Counted from the first letter of the stretch, positions 8,600 to 18,811 are shown. The stretch is DNA of 64,000 nt from an uncultured Chloroflexia bacterium (GCA_963728205.1 CAVSIV010000001.1:1184001-1248000), one strand, 5' to 3'. Translations and numbers: made by a program. Notes: generated by a model not told the origin, from the sequence alone.

Positions 8600-9814
8600 A
8601 TGGACGACCGGCGTGCGAATCACGGGCCTTGCCCGCTGGCCGTGACCGGCAGGATTGCTGGCGTGCTCGCGGTCGCGCTGATCCTCGCCGCATGCAGCGG
8701 CTCGCCGCTCGGCGGCGGCTCAGGGAGCGCGACGCCGTACGCGCTGCCGCCGGATGCGACGCCCTATCACGGACCGACCCGCCCTGTTACCGGACTCGAC
8801 GCGACGCCCGGCCCGACGCACGTTGACCAAACCCGCGCGCTCGGGCCCCCGCCGCCATCGCAACTCCCGGCATGGGACGGCACGTCGGTCATCCTCTACA
8901 ACCTCAAGACCGGCGAGCGGATCGACCTGGGGCCCGGGCGGATCACCGTGGGGTCGTTCGCCGGCGGAGCGGGCCGGTTCGCGTGGCTCGTGGGGCCGTC
9001 GAGCACCGTTCCGATGGGTCAGTCCCCCGCGTGGGGCACGGCGCGCGTAATCGACCTCGCGACGCGGCAGCAGCGCGACTACGGCCGTGCGACGAACGTC
9101 GGGTTCGGTGAGCCGGGCCAACTCTTTGTCGCGAGCGCGCACGGGTTCGTGCGCATCGACCTCGCGACCGGCGCGACCGCGACGCCGACATTCGCGACGT
9201 TCCCGCCCTCCATGCACTACCCGGGCTACATCATCGAGCCCTTGCACCCGGCCGCGACGCCGCCGACCGGCGGCAACGCCGGTTACCTGATCGTGCCTGA
9301 CGATGGTTCACCCGCCCTGACCGCGCAGGCAGCGATGCTCTTCGCGGTCCCGGGAGGGCGCGCAGTGCTGGCACTCGTTCGCGAGAGCGGCAGCGTGTAC
9401 GGCCTCTTCCGAGTCGATGTGCCGAGCGCGCGCGCCACCCCCGTCGCGTGGGCCGACTTCGACGGCTACGACTACCCGCTCGGCCTTGCGTCCGACGAGA
9501 TCGCGATCGGCGACCGGCTCTGCCACGACGACGGCCGTATCTTCGTCTACCACTTCGACAGCGAACGACTGGACGCACTGCGCACGAACCTGCCGCCCGT
9601 CACGATCAACGGAAACGGGTTCGGCGTCGACGGCGGCGCCGACGTCGCGCGCGCCCGGATAAATCCGACGTCGCTCGACTATTCGACGGTGCTGCCCACG
9701 CCCGGCGTATGGTCGCCGGACGGGACGTGGGCTGCCGTCGGTCCGACGGTCTACACGCGGACGACGCCGAGTCCGTGCGGGACTCCGAAAGAGACGCCGA
9801 CGCCCGAGCGGTAG
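8600..9814 (+). CDS. lipoprotein, probable beta-propeller
   Basis: Lipobox LILAAC; Pro/Thr-rich linker; repeated xIDLxTG blades and WSPDG. Confidence 0.7.
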   Translation: MDDRRANHGPCPLAVTGRIAGVLAVALILAACSGSPLGGGSGSATPYALPPDATPYHGPTRPVTGLDATPGPTHVDQTRALGPPPPSQLPAWDGTSVILYNLKTGERIDLGPGRITVGSFAGGAGRFAWLVGPSSTVPMGQSPAWGTARVIDLATRQQRDYGRATNVGFGEPGQLFVASAHGFVRIDLATGATATPTFATFPPSMHYPGYIIEPLHPAATPPTGGNAGYLIVPDDGSPALTAQAAMLFAVPGGRAVLALVRESGSVYGLFRVDVPSARATPVAWADFDGYDYPLGLASDEIAIGDRLCHDDGRIFVYHFDSERLDALRTNLPPVTINGNGFGVDGGADVARARINPTSLDYSTVLPTPGVWSPDGTWAAVGPTVYTRTTPSPCGTPKETPTPER

Positions 9815-10139
9815 GGGGGCAACGCGCGTCTGACCCCCGTGGCGGCGAAGATGCTGGGGTGCCGGCGTATCCAGGACTCTCGATCAACGGTGTGCGGGCA
9901 TGGCGCACGGTCGAGGCGCTGGAGTGGCGACGGCGACATGCGCATCCCCTTGAGCGCCGTCAGACCCGTCGAAGCAGCGCGCGTAGCGAGTAGTTACTTG
10001 GTCGTTCGTGCAGCCCAGACAGCGTCCCGAACTTCGGAGTCTCGACCGAACGCAGGTCCGTCCAGGTCGTCCACTCCGCGCCGCCGGTGTCGCCCATGAA
10101 TTGAAACCTGGCGAATCCTCCACTGCGGCGGGATTCCTG

Positions 10140-10200
10140 GACCGTCATGACGCAGACATGACCCTCGCATGACCGTCATGACCCTGCGGTGACCCTCGTC
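10140..10200. repeat. array of (CA)TGAC motifs
   Basis: TGAC at 10148, 10159, 10170, 10179 and 10190; GACCGTCATGAC occurs twice. Confidence 0.6.
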
Positions 10201-10211
10201 TGAGCTTGCAA

Positions 10212-10580
10212 TTAAACCTTCGGGCTGGTTCGGGCGAGCTCCTGCAAGCTCAGTTCGAGCGCTTTGGCGGCGATCTCGCGCATCTGCTGGATCAAGCGAC
10301 GCATCTCACGATCGTTGGCGATCCACTCTTGATAGAGCTGTGCCTGCTGCGCGGTGAGGCGGCGCGAGGCGGTCTTGCCGTGGAGCTTGGTCGACCACTG
10401 GTAGTACGGCCCGTGGAGGCGTGAGGGGTCGGTGCGGCAGTGGCAGCCGGGGGTGCTGCAGTGGGTGTAGCGACGAACGACGCTGCCCGACGAGATGAAC
10501 CCGATGGTCGCGAGCTGCGCGGCGAGCTGCGCGTACCGCCGCTCGTACGCGGCCAGCCGCGCGGCGCGTCGCTCCGCCAT
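10212..10580 (-). CDS. DUF6788-like IS-associated protein
   Basis: GSVVRRYTHCSTPGCHCR...HGPYYQWS...GKT motif; the stop codon lies inside the left TIR. Confidence 0.75.
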   Translation of the reverse strand: MAERRAARLAAYERRYAQLAAQLATIGFISSGSVVRRYTHCSTPGCHCRTDPSRLHGPYYQWSTKLHGKTASRRLTAQQAQLYQEWIANDREMRRLIQQMREIAAKALELSLQELARTSPKV

Positions 10581-10686
10581 CGCGCTTCCTCTCCCGCGCG
10601 CGCATGGTACCGCCAGGCGCAATCAGTATGTAGACTGATCGTCACAGCGCGCGGGGAGACGCAGCGGCAGGGGTCGGGAGACCCCC

Positions 10687-11932
10687 ATGGACGAAGCACC
10701 GGCTGGCAGCCCGGATGCGCAGACGCTGGTCCGGTTCCGCCGTGGGCTGCACGGGTGCCTGGCGCGCTGGGACGACGCGCTGTTCGAGCTGGGCGACGCA
10801 CTGCTGGGCGCGCCGGGTTCGGTGAGCTCGGTACCGGCGCTCAGCCTCGAGCCCGAGTTCCGCCGCTCACACGGCAGCCTCTACAAGGCCCTCGCCCGCG
10901 GACAGATCGACGGGGACGCGCCGCGCCGGCTGTGCTCGTCGCGCACCGGCCCGCGCGCTGGCCGCTGGTGTTCGCCGTCGACGCCTCGACCTGGGCGCGC
11001 TGCGACGCGGAGTGCAGCCCGGAACGCGGCTTCTACTACTCCGCGTCGCGCCACTCGACGCGACCACCATGACCGCGCAGCAGGTGCAGCGCCTGGTCGC
11101 GCTGCTGCCCGCCGACGGCCCCGCTCCGCTGTTCGTCTTCGACGCCGGCTGCGATCCGATCGCGCTCAGTGTCGGGCTCGCCGACTGCCACGCCGCGGTG
11201 CTGGTCCGCATCCGCTCGGACCGCGTGTTCTACCCCGATCCCGCCCCCTCCGCCGGGGCCGTCGGTCGTCCGCGCCGTCACGGACCGCGCTGCGCGCTCG
11301 CCGCTCCGGACGCCCTGCCCACGGCGGATGCCCGTCTCACCGTCGACCACCCGCGCTACGGCACGGTCCGGGTGACGGCCTGGCACGGCCTGCACCCCAA
11401 GCTCCACCGCCGCGGCCGCTGGGCCGGCGAGGGCCTCCCGCCGATCGTGCGCGGCACGGTGCTGCGGGTCGAGGTCGACCATCTGCCGAAGCCGACCGCC
11501 CGCGCCAAGAAGACCCTCTGGCTGTGGTGGTCCGGTGCGGGCGCACCCGATCTCGACACCTGCTGGCGCGCCTACCTGCGCCGCTTCGACATCGAGCACA
11601 CGTTCCGCTTCATCAAGTCCACGCCGGGCTGGACCACCCCCGCGCTCTGCCATCCGCAACAGGCCGACCGCTGGAGCTGGCTGATCGCCGCCGTCTATAC
11701 GCAGTTGCGGCTCGCTCGCGGCCTCATCGCCGACCTCCGGCTGCCATGGGAGCGCCCCCGCGACCCCACCAAGCTCACCCCCGCCAGGGTGCGCCGGGGT
11801 TTCCGTCGACTGGCCGCTCTCCTCGGCACGCCGGCCAGTGCACCGAAACCCAGCCGGGCCGGCCCCGGACGCCCCAAAGGCACCCGCAGACCGCCTCGAA
11901 CCCGCTATCCGGCAGTCAAGAAAGCCGCCTGA
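10687..11932 (+). pseudogene. DDE transposase (NF041680/IS701-like), frameshifted and internally deleted
   Basis: DALFELGDALL, FRRSHGSLYKAL, FAVDASTW, VFDAG and YLRRFDIEHTFRF; frame breaks near 10930 and 11056. Confidence 0.8.
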
Positions 11933-12447
11933 GCGCCGCCACGAGGTTCAATCGCAAGCTCAGAACCGGATCGTCAGTCGGAATGGGGCACCGACCGTTT
12001 CGCACGAGCGCGTCGTCATGCCGATGTTCACGTGCCTGGAACGCCCCGCCCACGAGCCGGGCCGGATAGGGACGAGACGGGACCAGACGGGACGGGGCGG
12101 CACGAGCAGGTACAGCGTCGGCGACTCTATGCGGCGTGGGAGTCACTTGGCCACGCGATACCTCGCGCATCCCAATCGTGGTCGACTCGGTGCGGAAGCA
12201 CGAGCCGTCGGCTTGGAGTTACCAGAGATGGGGCCTCCCCCGTCTCCACCAGCCCACTACAAACGGGGCGCCAACGGGCGCTCCGTTTCGTTTGTCCACC
12301 ACGGACATGCACAACTCTTCGCTCAGCACCCGACCGGGCGAGCGTCGATGCCGCTCCTTGGGTCGACGACTCTCCCCCAGGCCTGCGCGCACCGAACCAT
12401 GAGCACGGCGGCGCACAAACCGTCGTCGCGGTGCCCGGGCGAGCCCT

Positions 12448-12801
12448 TCAGACGGGGCATCCCATGTCCGCGCCGGCGTCCGGATCGACCGCCAGACCGA
12501 TGGCGGGGCCGCGGCCGAGCCGCAGCGTCGCTGGAACGCTGCGGTCGGCGAGCGTGAGCACGTAACGGCCGGGCTGTGGCAGCAGCGAGTGCTCGGGCGC
12601 GAAGTCGATCGTCGGGGGCGCACCGGGCACGGTCGGACAGAGGAGGCGGCCGACGGCGATCAGGCTGCCACGCCCGTCGCCGACCAGCACCCGCGTCCCA
12701 TCCAGCGACGACCCGGCCGCCTGCGCGGCTGGAGCCGCGGTGCCGGCTCCGATCGGAGCGTCGACCGCTTCCCGGATCTGAGCGTCGCGTGTGGCGGACA
12801 T
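12448..12801 (-). CDS. hypothetical protein
   Basis: GAGGAGG RBS before ATG; lies downstream of the cupin gene. Confidence 0.5.
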   Translation of the reverse strand: MSATRDAQIREAVDAPIGAGTAAPAAQAAGSSLDGTRVLVGDGRGSLIAVGRLLCPTVPGAPPTIDFAPEHSLLPQPGRYVLTLADRSVPATLRLGRGPAIGLAVDPDAGADMGCPV

Positions 12802-12916
12802 CACTTCCTCCTCAGCGGTGGAAGCGCCGGCGTGGTTCGCCCGGGTCGCTCCCACCGGTCATGTGTTCTCGTGTTCGCGTGCGCCCTTGCCGACGCAGCG
12901 ACGCGCGCCGGATCGG

Positions 12917-13318
12917 TCAGCCGGACGCCGCCCCGGCATGAGGGTCGCCGGCGACCGTGACCAGGAACGCGCAGTCTTCCTGCGCGGTCAGCGCGTGCGC
13001 CACGCCGGTGTCGAGCACGACCATGCCGCCCCGGCCGAGGCTGACGGATCCCGCATCGCTCGTGAGCGCCATGCGTCCCGCGAGCACCTGGACCGACGCG
13101 GGGGCGTCCACATGGTGCTCCTGGACCACGGTCCCCTCGCGCAGACCGACCACCGTCACGCGCAGCGGGCCCTCCTTCACGAGCGTCTTCGCGATGCGCC
13201 CGCCCAGTGCCCCGCGCGCCTGCTCGAGGAGGTCGGCGACCTCCGCGTCCAGCTCGAACTCCAGCTGTCGGGCTGCGAGCGTGTGGGTTCGCGCGTATGT
13301 CGACTCGTGTGCTGTCAT
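12917..13318 (-). CDS. cupin domain protein
   Basis: AKTLVKEGPLRVT, EHHVDAPASVQVLAG and GVAHAL; GGAGGAG RBS. Confidence 0.8.
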   Translation of the reverse strand: MTAHESTYARTHTLAARQLEFELDAEVADLLEQARGALGGRIAKTLVKEGPLRVTVVGLREGTVVQEHHVDAPASVQVLAGRMALTSDAGSVSLGRGGMVVLDTGVAHALTAQEDCAFLVTVAGDPHAGAASG

Positions 13319-13404
13319 GATGTCTCCTCCTCGTCGGCCGCTCCCGACGGCGTTCGCTCGTCGCCGGTCGATCCGACCGTATGGCGCGGATGCCGGTTCA
13401 TCGC

Positions 13405-13461
13405 CCGGCGAACGTCCCGGCTCGCGGCTCGTCGGTCTCGAGAGTTCGGGACCTTCGGTCT
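13405..13461. promoter_or_regulatory. two DosR/DevR-like boxes in a divergent promoter
   Basis: CCGGCGAACGTCCC (13405) and GGGACCTTCGGTCT (13448) resemble GGGAC-N4-GTCCC. Confidence 0.5.
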
Positions 13462-13547
13462 CGGGGAAGCGTGGGGACGCCCCGCGTCCTGGCGTCGGAG
13501 GGGTCGCTAGACTGGGGATTCCGAATCTCCGCGACGAAGGGGCATCC

Positions 13548-13997
13548 ATGACGCGCCCTACGAGCGTGTTGCTCGTCGACGACCAGCCGGTGGCGCGCAT
13601 CGGCCTGCGGGCCGTGCTCGAGGGTGGCGGGCGCTTCTCCGTCGTCGGCGAAGCGGACTCCGTGAGCCGGGCCGCCATGCGCGCCGTCGAGGTCCAGCCC
13701 GAACTCGTCATCGTGGCGCTCCGGCTCCCGGACGGCAGCGGCGTTGACGCCATCCGCGCCGTCCAGTCCGCGGTGCCGGGTGCGCGGTGCGTCCTGTTCT
13801 CACCGGAGCAGGACGACGAGGCTGTGATGGAGGCGTTCGCCGTCGGCGCCTCGGGATTCCTGCTCAAGACCCTCGAACCCGACCTCATCGTCGAGTGGCT
13901 CGAGGTCGTCGCCGCGGGCGGCTTCGCGCTCGGCCCGGTGATGACCGAGCGCCTGCTCGTGCGCTACCGCGACGCGAAGACGTGGACCGGGTCGTGA
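13548..13997 (+). CDS. stand-alone NarL/DosR-type receiver domain lacking the phospho-Asp
   Basis: VLLVDDQP, LVIVALRLPDGSG (Ala at the usual Asp position) and GFLLK; no HTH before the stop. Confidence 0.8.
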   Translation: MTRPTSVLLVDDQPVARIGLRAVLEGGGRFSVVGEADSVSRAAMRAVEVQPELVIVALRLPDGSGVDAIRAVQSAVPGARCVLFSPEQDDEAVMEAFAVGASGFLLKTLEPDLIVEWLEVVAAGGFALGPVMTERLLVRYRDAKTWTGS

Positions 13998-14014
13998 CGG
14001 ACGGGGGGCACGCG

Positions 14015-14557
14015 ATGCCACCCGACGACCGGCGAGCTGCGGGCGCGCCCGGCGACGACGCGGACATGAGCGCCGCTCTTGCGGCCGAGGACCCGACCGC
14101 GCTGCTGCGTGCGGAACATCGACGCCTGCGCGCCGACCTGCGGTCTCTCCGCGACCTCGTCCAGTCGGACGCGGCGGGCGCGGATGTTCGCGCGCGGGAG
14201 GCGCTCGCCGCGCTGCGCGAGCGGGTGTCGCGGCATGCCCGGATCGAGGAGGAGGTCTACCTGCCGGGCATCGAGGCGCTGCTCGGCGACGACGCGGCGG
14301 CGACCGCGGAGGAGGCGAAGGGCGAGCACGACGGGATCACCATCCGTGCGAGCCAGCTCGCGGAGGCGCTGGCAGGTAGCGGGGAGCGCGAGCTCGCGCT
14401 CCGCCATTTCGAGCGGTCGCTCACGATCCACTTCGACAACGAGGAAGAGCAGTTCCTCGACGTCGCGGACCGGCGGCTGACTCCCGGGCGCCAGCGCGAC
14501 CTGTTCCGCCGCATGCGCGCGTGGCAGGCTCGCGAGGAGGGCGCGCACTCCCCCTGA
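14015..14557 (+). CDS. hemerythrin/HHE domain protein
   Basis: LRAEHRRL, HARIEEEVYLP, EHDGI and HFDNEEEQF. Confidence 0.8.
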   Translation: MPPDDRRAAGAPGDDADMSAALAAEDPTALLRAEHRRLRADLRSLRDLVQSDAAGADVRAREALAALRERVSRHARIEEEVYLPGIEALLGDDAAATAEEAKGEHDGITIRASQLAEALAGSGERELALRHFERSLTIHFDNEEEQFLDVADRRLTPGRQRDLFRRMRAWQAREEGAHSP

Positions 14558-14595
14558 CCGGCGCGACGCGCGCCGGCCGGCCTCCCGTCGGTACG

Positions 14596-15990
14596 TCAGC
14601 CGACGGGCGCCTCGACGGCGCGCGCCCCGCCCGCCTCCCCGCCGCAGAGCGGCCACGCGACGACGGCGAAGCACGCGAGCGCCGCGAGCCCGAGGACGCC
14701 CGAGAGCGCGAGCGTTGCGGTCGCGCCGGCGGCGATCACGCCCCCGGCGAGGCGGAGCACGACCGATGCGTTGAGCAGCGCGAACGCGGCGTCCATCGCG
14801 CGCGGCATCGGGAGCGGCCGCCCTTCGAACAGCGGCAGCACGCGCGCGGCGAAGCCAAAGATCGTCATCGTCACGAAGCCCATCGCGAACGTGTGCAGTC
14901 CGGGCAACGCCCGCAGCGGCCGGGCCGCGCCGGCGAGGTCTTCGACGGCGGCGACGACCAGCAGCACCGCCGCGACGACCAGCCACCCGTACGCCGCGCG
15001 GAGGAACCAGGCGAAACGCGCGTACGTGGCCGGGGCAGCGTCCGCGCCCGGCGGCGCTTCGGGGGGCGCCCCACCACGCGTCGCCGGCGGTCGCGCCGGA
15101 TCGAACACGCGCAGCGCGACGGCGAACGCGACGGCGCCGGCGGCCCACAGCAGCGTCCCCCCGGCCGCGACGCCCGCCGGGGCGGCCGCCGCCGCGGCTA
15201 CGGTTGTCCACGCGACGCCCGCGTTCACCGCCACGAACGCGACGCGCTCCACCCGCGCCCGCCGCGCCTGCAGTCGCAGGAAGCCCGCCGACGCTCGCAG
15301 CGAGACGCCGAAGAGGAAGTCGCCGAGGAAACCGAATGTCCCCGCGGACACGACCGCCGCGTCGAGGGACGGCGACGCCACCGCGCTGCCGTCGCGCGCC
15401 ATCCGCGCGGTGAGTGCGAGATGGAGCGCCGCCGCCACGACCGCCCACGCGAGCCCCGCCCAGGCCCAGCGCTCGAACGGCACGGCCGAGGGCGTGCCTC
15501 GCCGCAGGGGGCCGGCGAGCGCCGCGGCCAGCACCGCGACGCCTGCGAGCAGTGCCGGCCCGGACGCCGCGATTGCCCCGGCGCCGAGCCACGCGGCGTC
15601 TCCGCCGGCGACCGCGAACTGTCCGCCGGCGCGCAGCGCGATCGCCATGAGGATCAGCGCCAGGCCGGCCCGCTGCGGCCACGGGAACGCGATGCGTGCG
15701 TTGCCGCGAAACCGCGGCACGACGTGGCTCGCGATGCCGAAGACGAAGAGCCCCGCCCACCCGAACACCTGCGCGACGCCGTGAGGCTGCACCGCCCCCG
15801 CCCACGGGATCGCGTCGCTGCCGGCAGCCTGCTCGCCGAGCATGGCGGCGCCGAGCGTGAAGCCCAGCGTCAGCCCCACGACCAGCGCCGCGCGGACGAA
15901 CGGGCGGTAGAGGCGCTGCCGCGCCCAGGGCGTCGGCGCGTAGCGCGCGGGTCGGGCCCGTGCCGTCCCCTGTCGTCCCGCCTCCGGCAT
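14596..15990 (-). CDS. NnrS-like membrane protein
   Basis: Many TM helices; HGVAQVFGWAGLFVFG...VPRF and LHTFAMGFVTMTIFG...LPLF repeats. Confidence 0.7.
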   Translation of the reverse strand: MPEAGRQGTARARPARYAPTPWARQRLYRPFVRAALVVGLTLGFTLGAAMLGEQAAGSDAIPWAGAVQPHGVAQVFGWAGLFVFGIASHVVPRFRGNARIAFPWPQRAGLALILMAIALRAGGQFAVAGGDAAWLGAGAIAASGPALLAGVAVLAAALAGPLRRGTPSAVPFERWAWAGLAWAVVAAALHLALTARMARDGSAVASPSLDAAVVSAGTFGFLGDFLFGVSLRASAGFLRLQARRARVERVAFVAVNAGVAWTTVAAAAAAPAGVAAGGTLLWAAGAVAFAVALRVFDPARPPATRGGAPPEAPPGADAAPATYARFAWFLRAAYGWLVVAAVLLVVAAVEDLAGAARPLRALPGLHTFAMGFVTMTIFGFAARVLPLFEGRPLPMPRAMDAAFALLNASVVLRLAGGVIAAGATATLALSGVLGLAALACFAVVAWPLCGGEAGGARAVEAPVG

Positions 15991-17021
15991 CACCGCGCAG
16001 ACGGCTCCGCGTCCGCGTCCGTACCCGTGCCCGTGTCCGCATCGACGTCGACGTCGATGCTCGAGCCGAGCGCGCGGAGCACGGCCTCGGCCTCCGCCAC
16101 GATCCCCTCGACGATGCGCGCCGCCGGCCGGACCTCGTGCACGAGGCCGACAATCTGGCCGGCGTACGCGGGTGTCGGGTCGCGGTCGTCGCCGGGGCCG
16201 GGCTCGCCGATCGCGCCTGCGCGCCCGCGCCGGAGTGCGTCCTCGCGGCCGTGCCAGCGCTCGTTGAAGGGCGTGCGCACGGTGCGTCCCTGCACGCCGT
16301 CGGGCCACGCCATGTCGATCGCGATGTCGTGCACCGCCGTCCAGACGGTGTCGTCGGCGCCCGCGGCCAGGAGCCGCTCGCGGTGCAGCGGCCATGGTTG
16401 CCGCACCTCCTCGGCCGCGAGCAGCGCGGTGCCGAGCACCGCGCCCTGGGCGCCGAGCGCCAGCGCCGCCGCGAGCCCCCGCCCGGTGGCGATGCCGCCC
16501 GCGGCGAGCACGGGCGTCTGCCCGGCGATCGCGACGACCTGCGGGACGAACGCGAGCGTTCCGATCTGCCCGGTGTGGCCGCCCGCCTCGCCGCCCTGCG
16601 CGATCAGCACGTCGACGCCGGCGGCCAGCGCTCGCTCGGCGTCGCGCATCGTCTGGGCCTGGTGCATCACCGTGACGCCGGCGTCGTGCAGCCGCGCGAC
16701 GTACGGCGACGGGTCGGTGAACGAGAGCGTGACGACGGGGACGCCGGCCTCCACGCAGACGTCGAGCGCGGACGGCGGGTCCGGCAGCGCGTGCGCGATG
16801 AAGTTCACCGCGAAGGGCGCGGACGTGAGCGACCGGCAGAGCGCGAGGTGCGCACGGAGCCGGTCGACGCTGCCCCGCCCGGTCGCGCCGCCGATGCTCC
16901 CGAGGCCGCCGGCCTCGCTCACGGCGGCGGCGAGCTCCGGGCCCGCCGACCCGGCCATGCCGGCGCCGACGATCGGCACGCGGATGCCGAGCCGATCGCA
17001 GAGCGGCGTGTGGAGGGTCAC
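15990..17021 (-). CDS. nitronate monooxygenase family flavoprotein
   Basis: LGIRVPIVGAGM, QGGEAGGH, PVLAAGGIATGRG and GTALLAAEE. Confidence 0.9.
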   Translation of the reverse strand: MTLHTPLCDRLGIRVPIVGAGMAGSAGPELAAAVSEAGGLGSIGGATGRGSVDRLRAHLALCRSLTSAPFAVNFIAHALPDPPSALDVCVEAGVPVVTLSFTDPSPYVARLHDAGVTVMHQAQTMRDAERALAAGVDVLIAQGGEAGGHTGQIGTLAFVPQVVAIAGQTPVLAAGGIATGRGLAAALALGAQGAVLGTALLAAEEVRQPWPLHRERLLAAGADDTVWTAVHDIAIDMAWPDGVQGRTVRTPFNERWHGREDALRRGRAGAIGEPGPGDDRDPTPAYAGQIVGLVHEVRPAARIVEGIVAEAEAVLRALGSSIDVDVDADTGTGTDADAEPSAR

Positions 17022-17442
17022 GGTGCCGCCGCCCGGGACCGCGGCCGGCGCGGCGGCGCCGGCGCGATCCCGCGCAGGTAGACCGGGGCGCGCAGCTGCG
17101 CATCGAGCGGCCCGCTCTTCGCGGGCGCGGCTCCGAGCGCGCGGCTGACGTCGAGGATCGCGGGGCGCCGCGCCTCGGTGCGGCTGGAGCGCGCCGGGTC
17201 CCCGAACCATCGCTCGCCGGCTTCGAGCACCGCCCGGATCGGGTTGGACGCTGCGTTCTTGCCCGGGGGGCGCATGTGGGGCACTGGCTTCCTCCGCACC
17301 CTCGGCTGCTCCTCGCAACCGGAGCGTACGACCGCCGACGGCGGGCGCCCACTCCTCGGCGCACCCGGCCCGCGTGGTCTCATGGGACCTCTCGACGCTG
17401 GTGCCTGCGGAGGGAGGGCAGCGCCGTCGCGCTAACTTCCGC

Positions 17443-17574
17443 GCTGCCGCTGCCGCTGCCGCTGCCGCTGCCGCTGCCGCTGCCGCTGCCGCTGCCGCTG
17501 CCGCTGCCGCTGCCGCTGCCGCTGCCGCTGCCGCTGCCGCTGCCGCTGCCGCTGCCGCTGCCGCTGCCGCTGCC
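17443..17574. repeat. perfect hexanucleotide tandem repeat (GCTGCC)22
   Basis: Counted directly: 132 bp with no mismatches, in a divergent intergenic region. Confidence 0.95.
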
Positions 17575-17592
17575 CTTCGTCGGGGGGCGATC

Positions 17593-17606
17593 GGGCCGAA
17601 GGTCCC
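17593..17606. promoter_or_regulatory. DosR/DevR-like box
   Basis: GGGCCGAAGGTCCC, about 45 bp upstream of the GAF kinase start. Confidence 0.55.
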
Positions 17607-17652
17607 TGCCTGCCCCGGACCGCGGCTGGGAGGCTGACGCGAGGAGTTGCCT

Positions 17653-18811
17653 GTGCCTGCACCCCGCGCCCCCCGGCCCGCCGCCCGCCGCACGCGCGAG
17701 CTCGAGTTGCTCTACTCGCTCAGCTCGACCGCGCTGGCCCACACCGACCTCGACGACATCCTGCGCGATGCGCTGCGGCTCGTCGTTGCCGGTGCGGGCG
17801 CCGACGCCGGCGAGATCTGGGTCCACGACGCGGACGACGGCGCCGTGCGTCTGCGTGCGCTGCACGCCATGGACGATTCGTTCCTCGAGCGCGAGCGGTT
17901 CGCCGTCGGCGAGGGCCTTCCCGGTCTCGCCGTGCAGCAGTGCGTGAGCCTCCGCACCGACCTTCGCACCGACGGGCGCTTCGTGAGGCGCTCCGTCGTC
18001 GACGCCGGCTTCACGACGTTCCACGTCGTGCCGATGCGCGCCGGCGGGGCGGTGGAAGGTGCGCTGTGCCTCGCGTACCGCGTGCCCGCGCGGCGTCGCC
18101 CGTCGCACGAGCGTCTGCTGACGCGCGTGGCGAACGAGCTGGCCCTCGTGCTCACCAACCATCGACTGCAGCAAGAGCGCTTCGCGGCGCTGCAGCGGCT
18201 CGAGGGGCTGGGCATCCGCGACGCGGTGTCGCGGGAGCTCCAGGATCACGTCATGCAGGTCCTCTTCTCGGTCGGCCTCGCGCTCCGGCGGGTCGGCGGC
18301 GCCGGGCCCTCCGACACGTACGTGCTCGAGAAGGCCGCCTCCGACCTCGGCGCCGTGATCCGCGACATGCGCGGGCTGCTGCTGGACCTCGAGCGCGAGC
18401 CGACGACCTTCGGCTCGGCGCACAGCCTGCAGGGCCGCATCGCGGCGCTCCTGGCCGTCGGAGGGGCGGGCCCGTCGTGGAACCTCGAGTTCGACATCGG
18501 GGACGTCCGCATCGACCCTCGGTCCGAGGTCGAGCTGTACCTCGTCGCGCGCGAGCTCATCGCGAACGTGCACGCCCATGCGAACGCCGAGCGCGGGATG
18601 GTCGCCTTCGCACGCCGAGGCGACGTCATCGAGATCGAGGTCACGCGACGACGGGATGGGGTTCGACGTGGAACGTGCGCGCGCCGGCGCGGTCGGCCTC
18701 GCCGATGTCGAGGAGCGTGTCGCGCGGCTCGGCGGTGCGGTGGCGATCGACTCCCGTCACGGGCAGGGGACCGTTGTGCGGGTCTGCGTGCCCTCGTTGC
18801 CGCCGGTCTAG
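17653..18811 (+). CDS. GAF plus HisKA_3 (DosS/DevS-like) sensor kinase, H-box His replaced by Gln; frameshift near 18645
   Basis: GAGGAG RBS; GEGLPG GAF motif; SRELQDHVMQVLF; ELIANVHAHA; DDGMGFD and GQGT in the next frame. Confidence 0.8.

Larger units (their letters stand above)
10199..11964. mobile_element. IS701-like (NF041680-type) insertion sequence with passenger gene
   Basis: 21-bp terminal inverted repeats: TCTGAGCTTGCAATTAAACCT (10199-10219) versus the reverse complement of 11944-11964 (TCTGAGCTTGCGATTGAACCT), 2 mismatches. Confidence 0.85.

Noticed and set aside
17276-17947. ORFs with poly-Ala, (LP)n, (GS)n and (QR)n tracts
   Set aside because: All are translations of the GCTGCC repeat. 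The real flanking genes have their own starts at 17021 and 17653.
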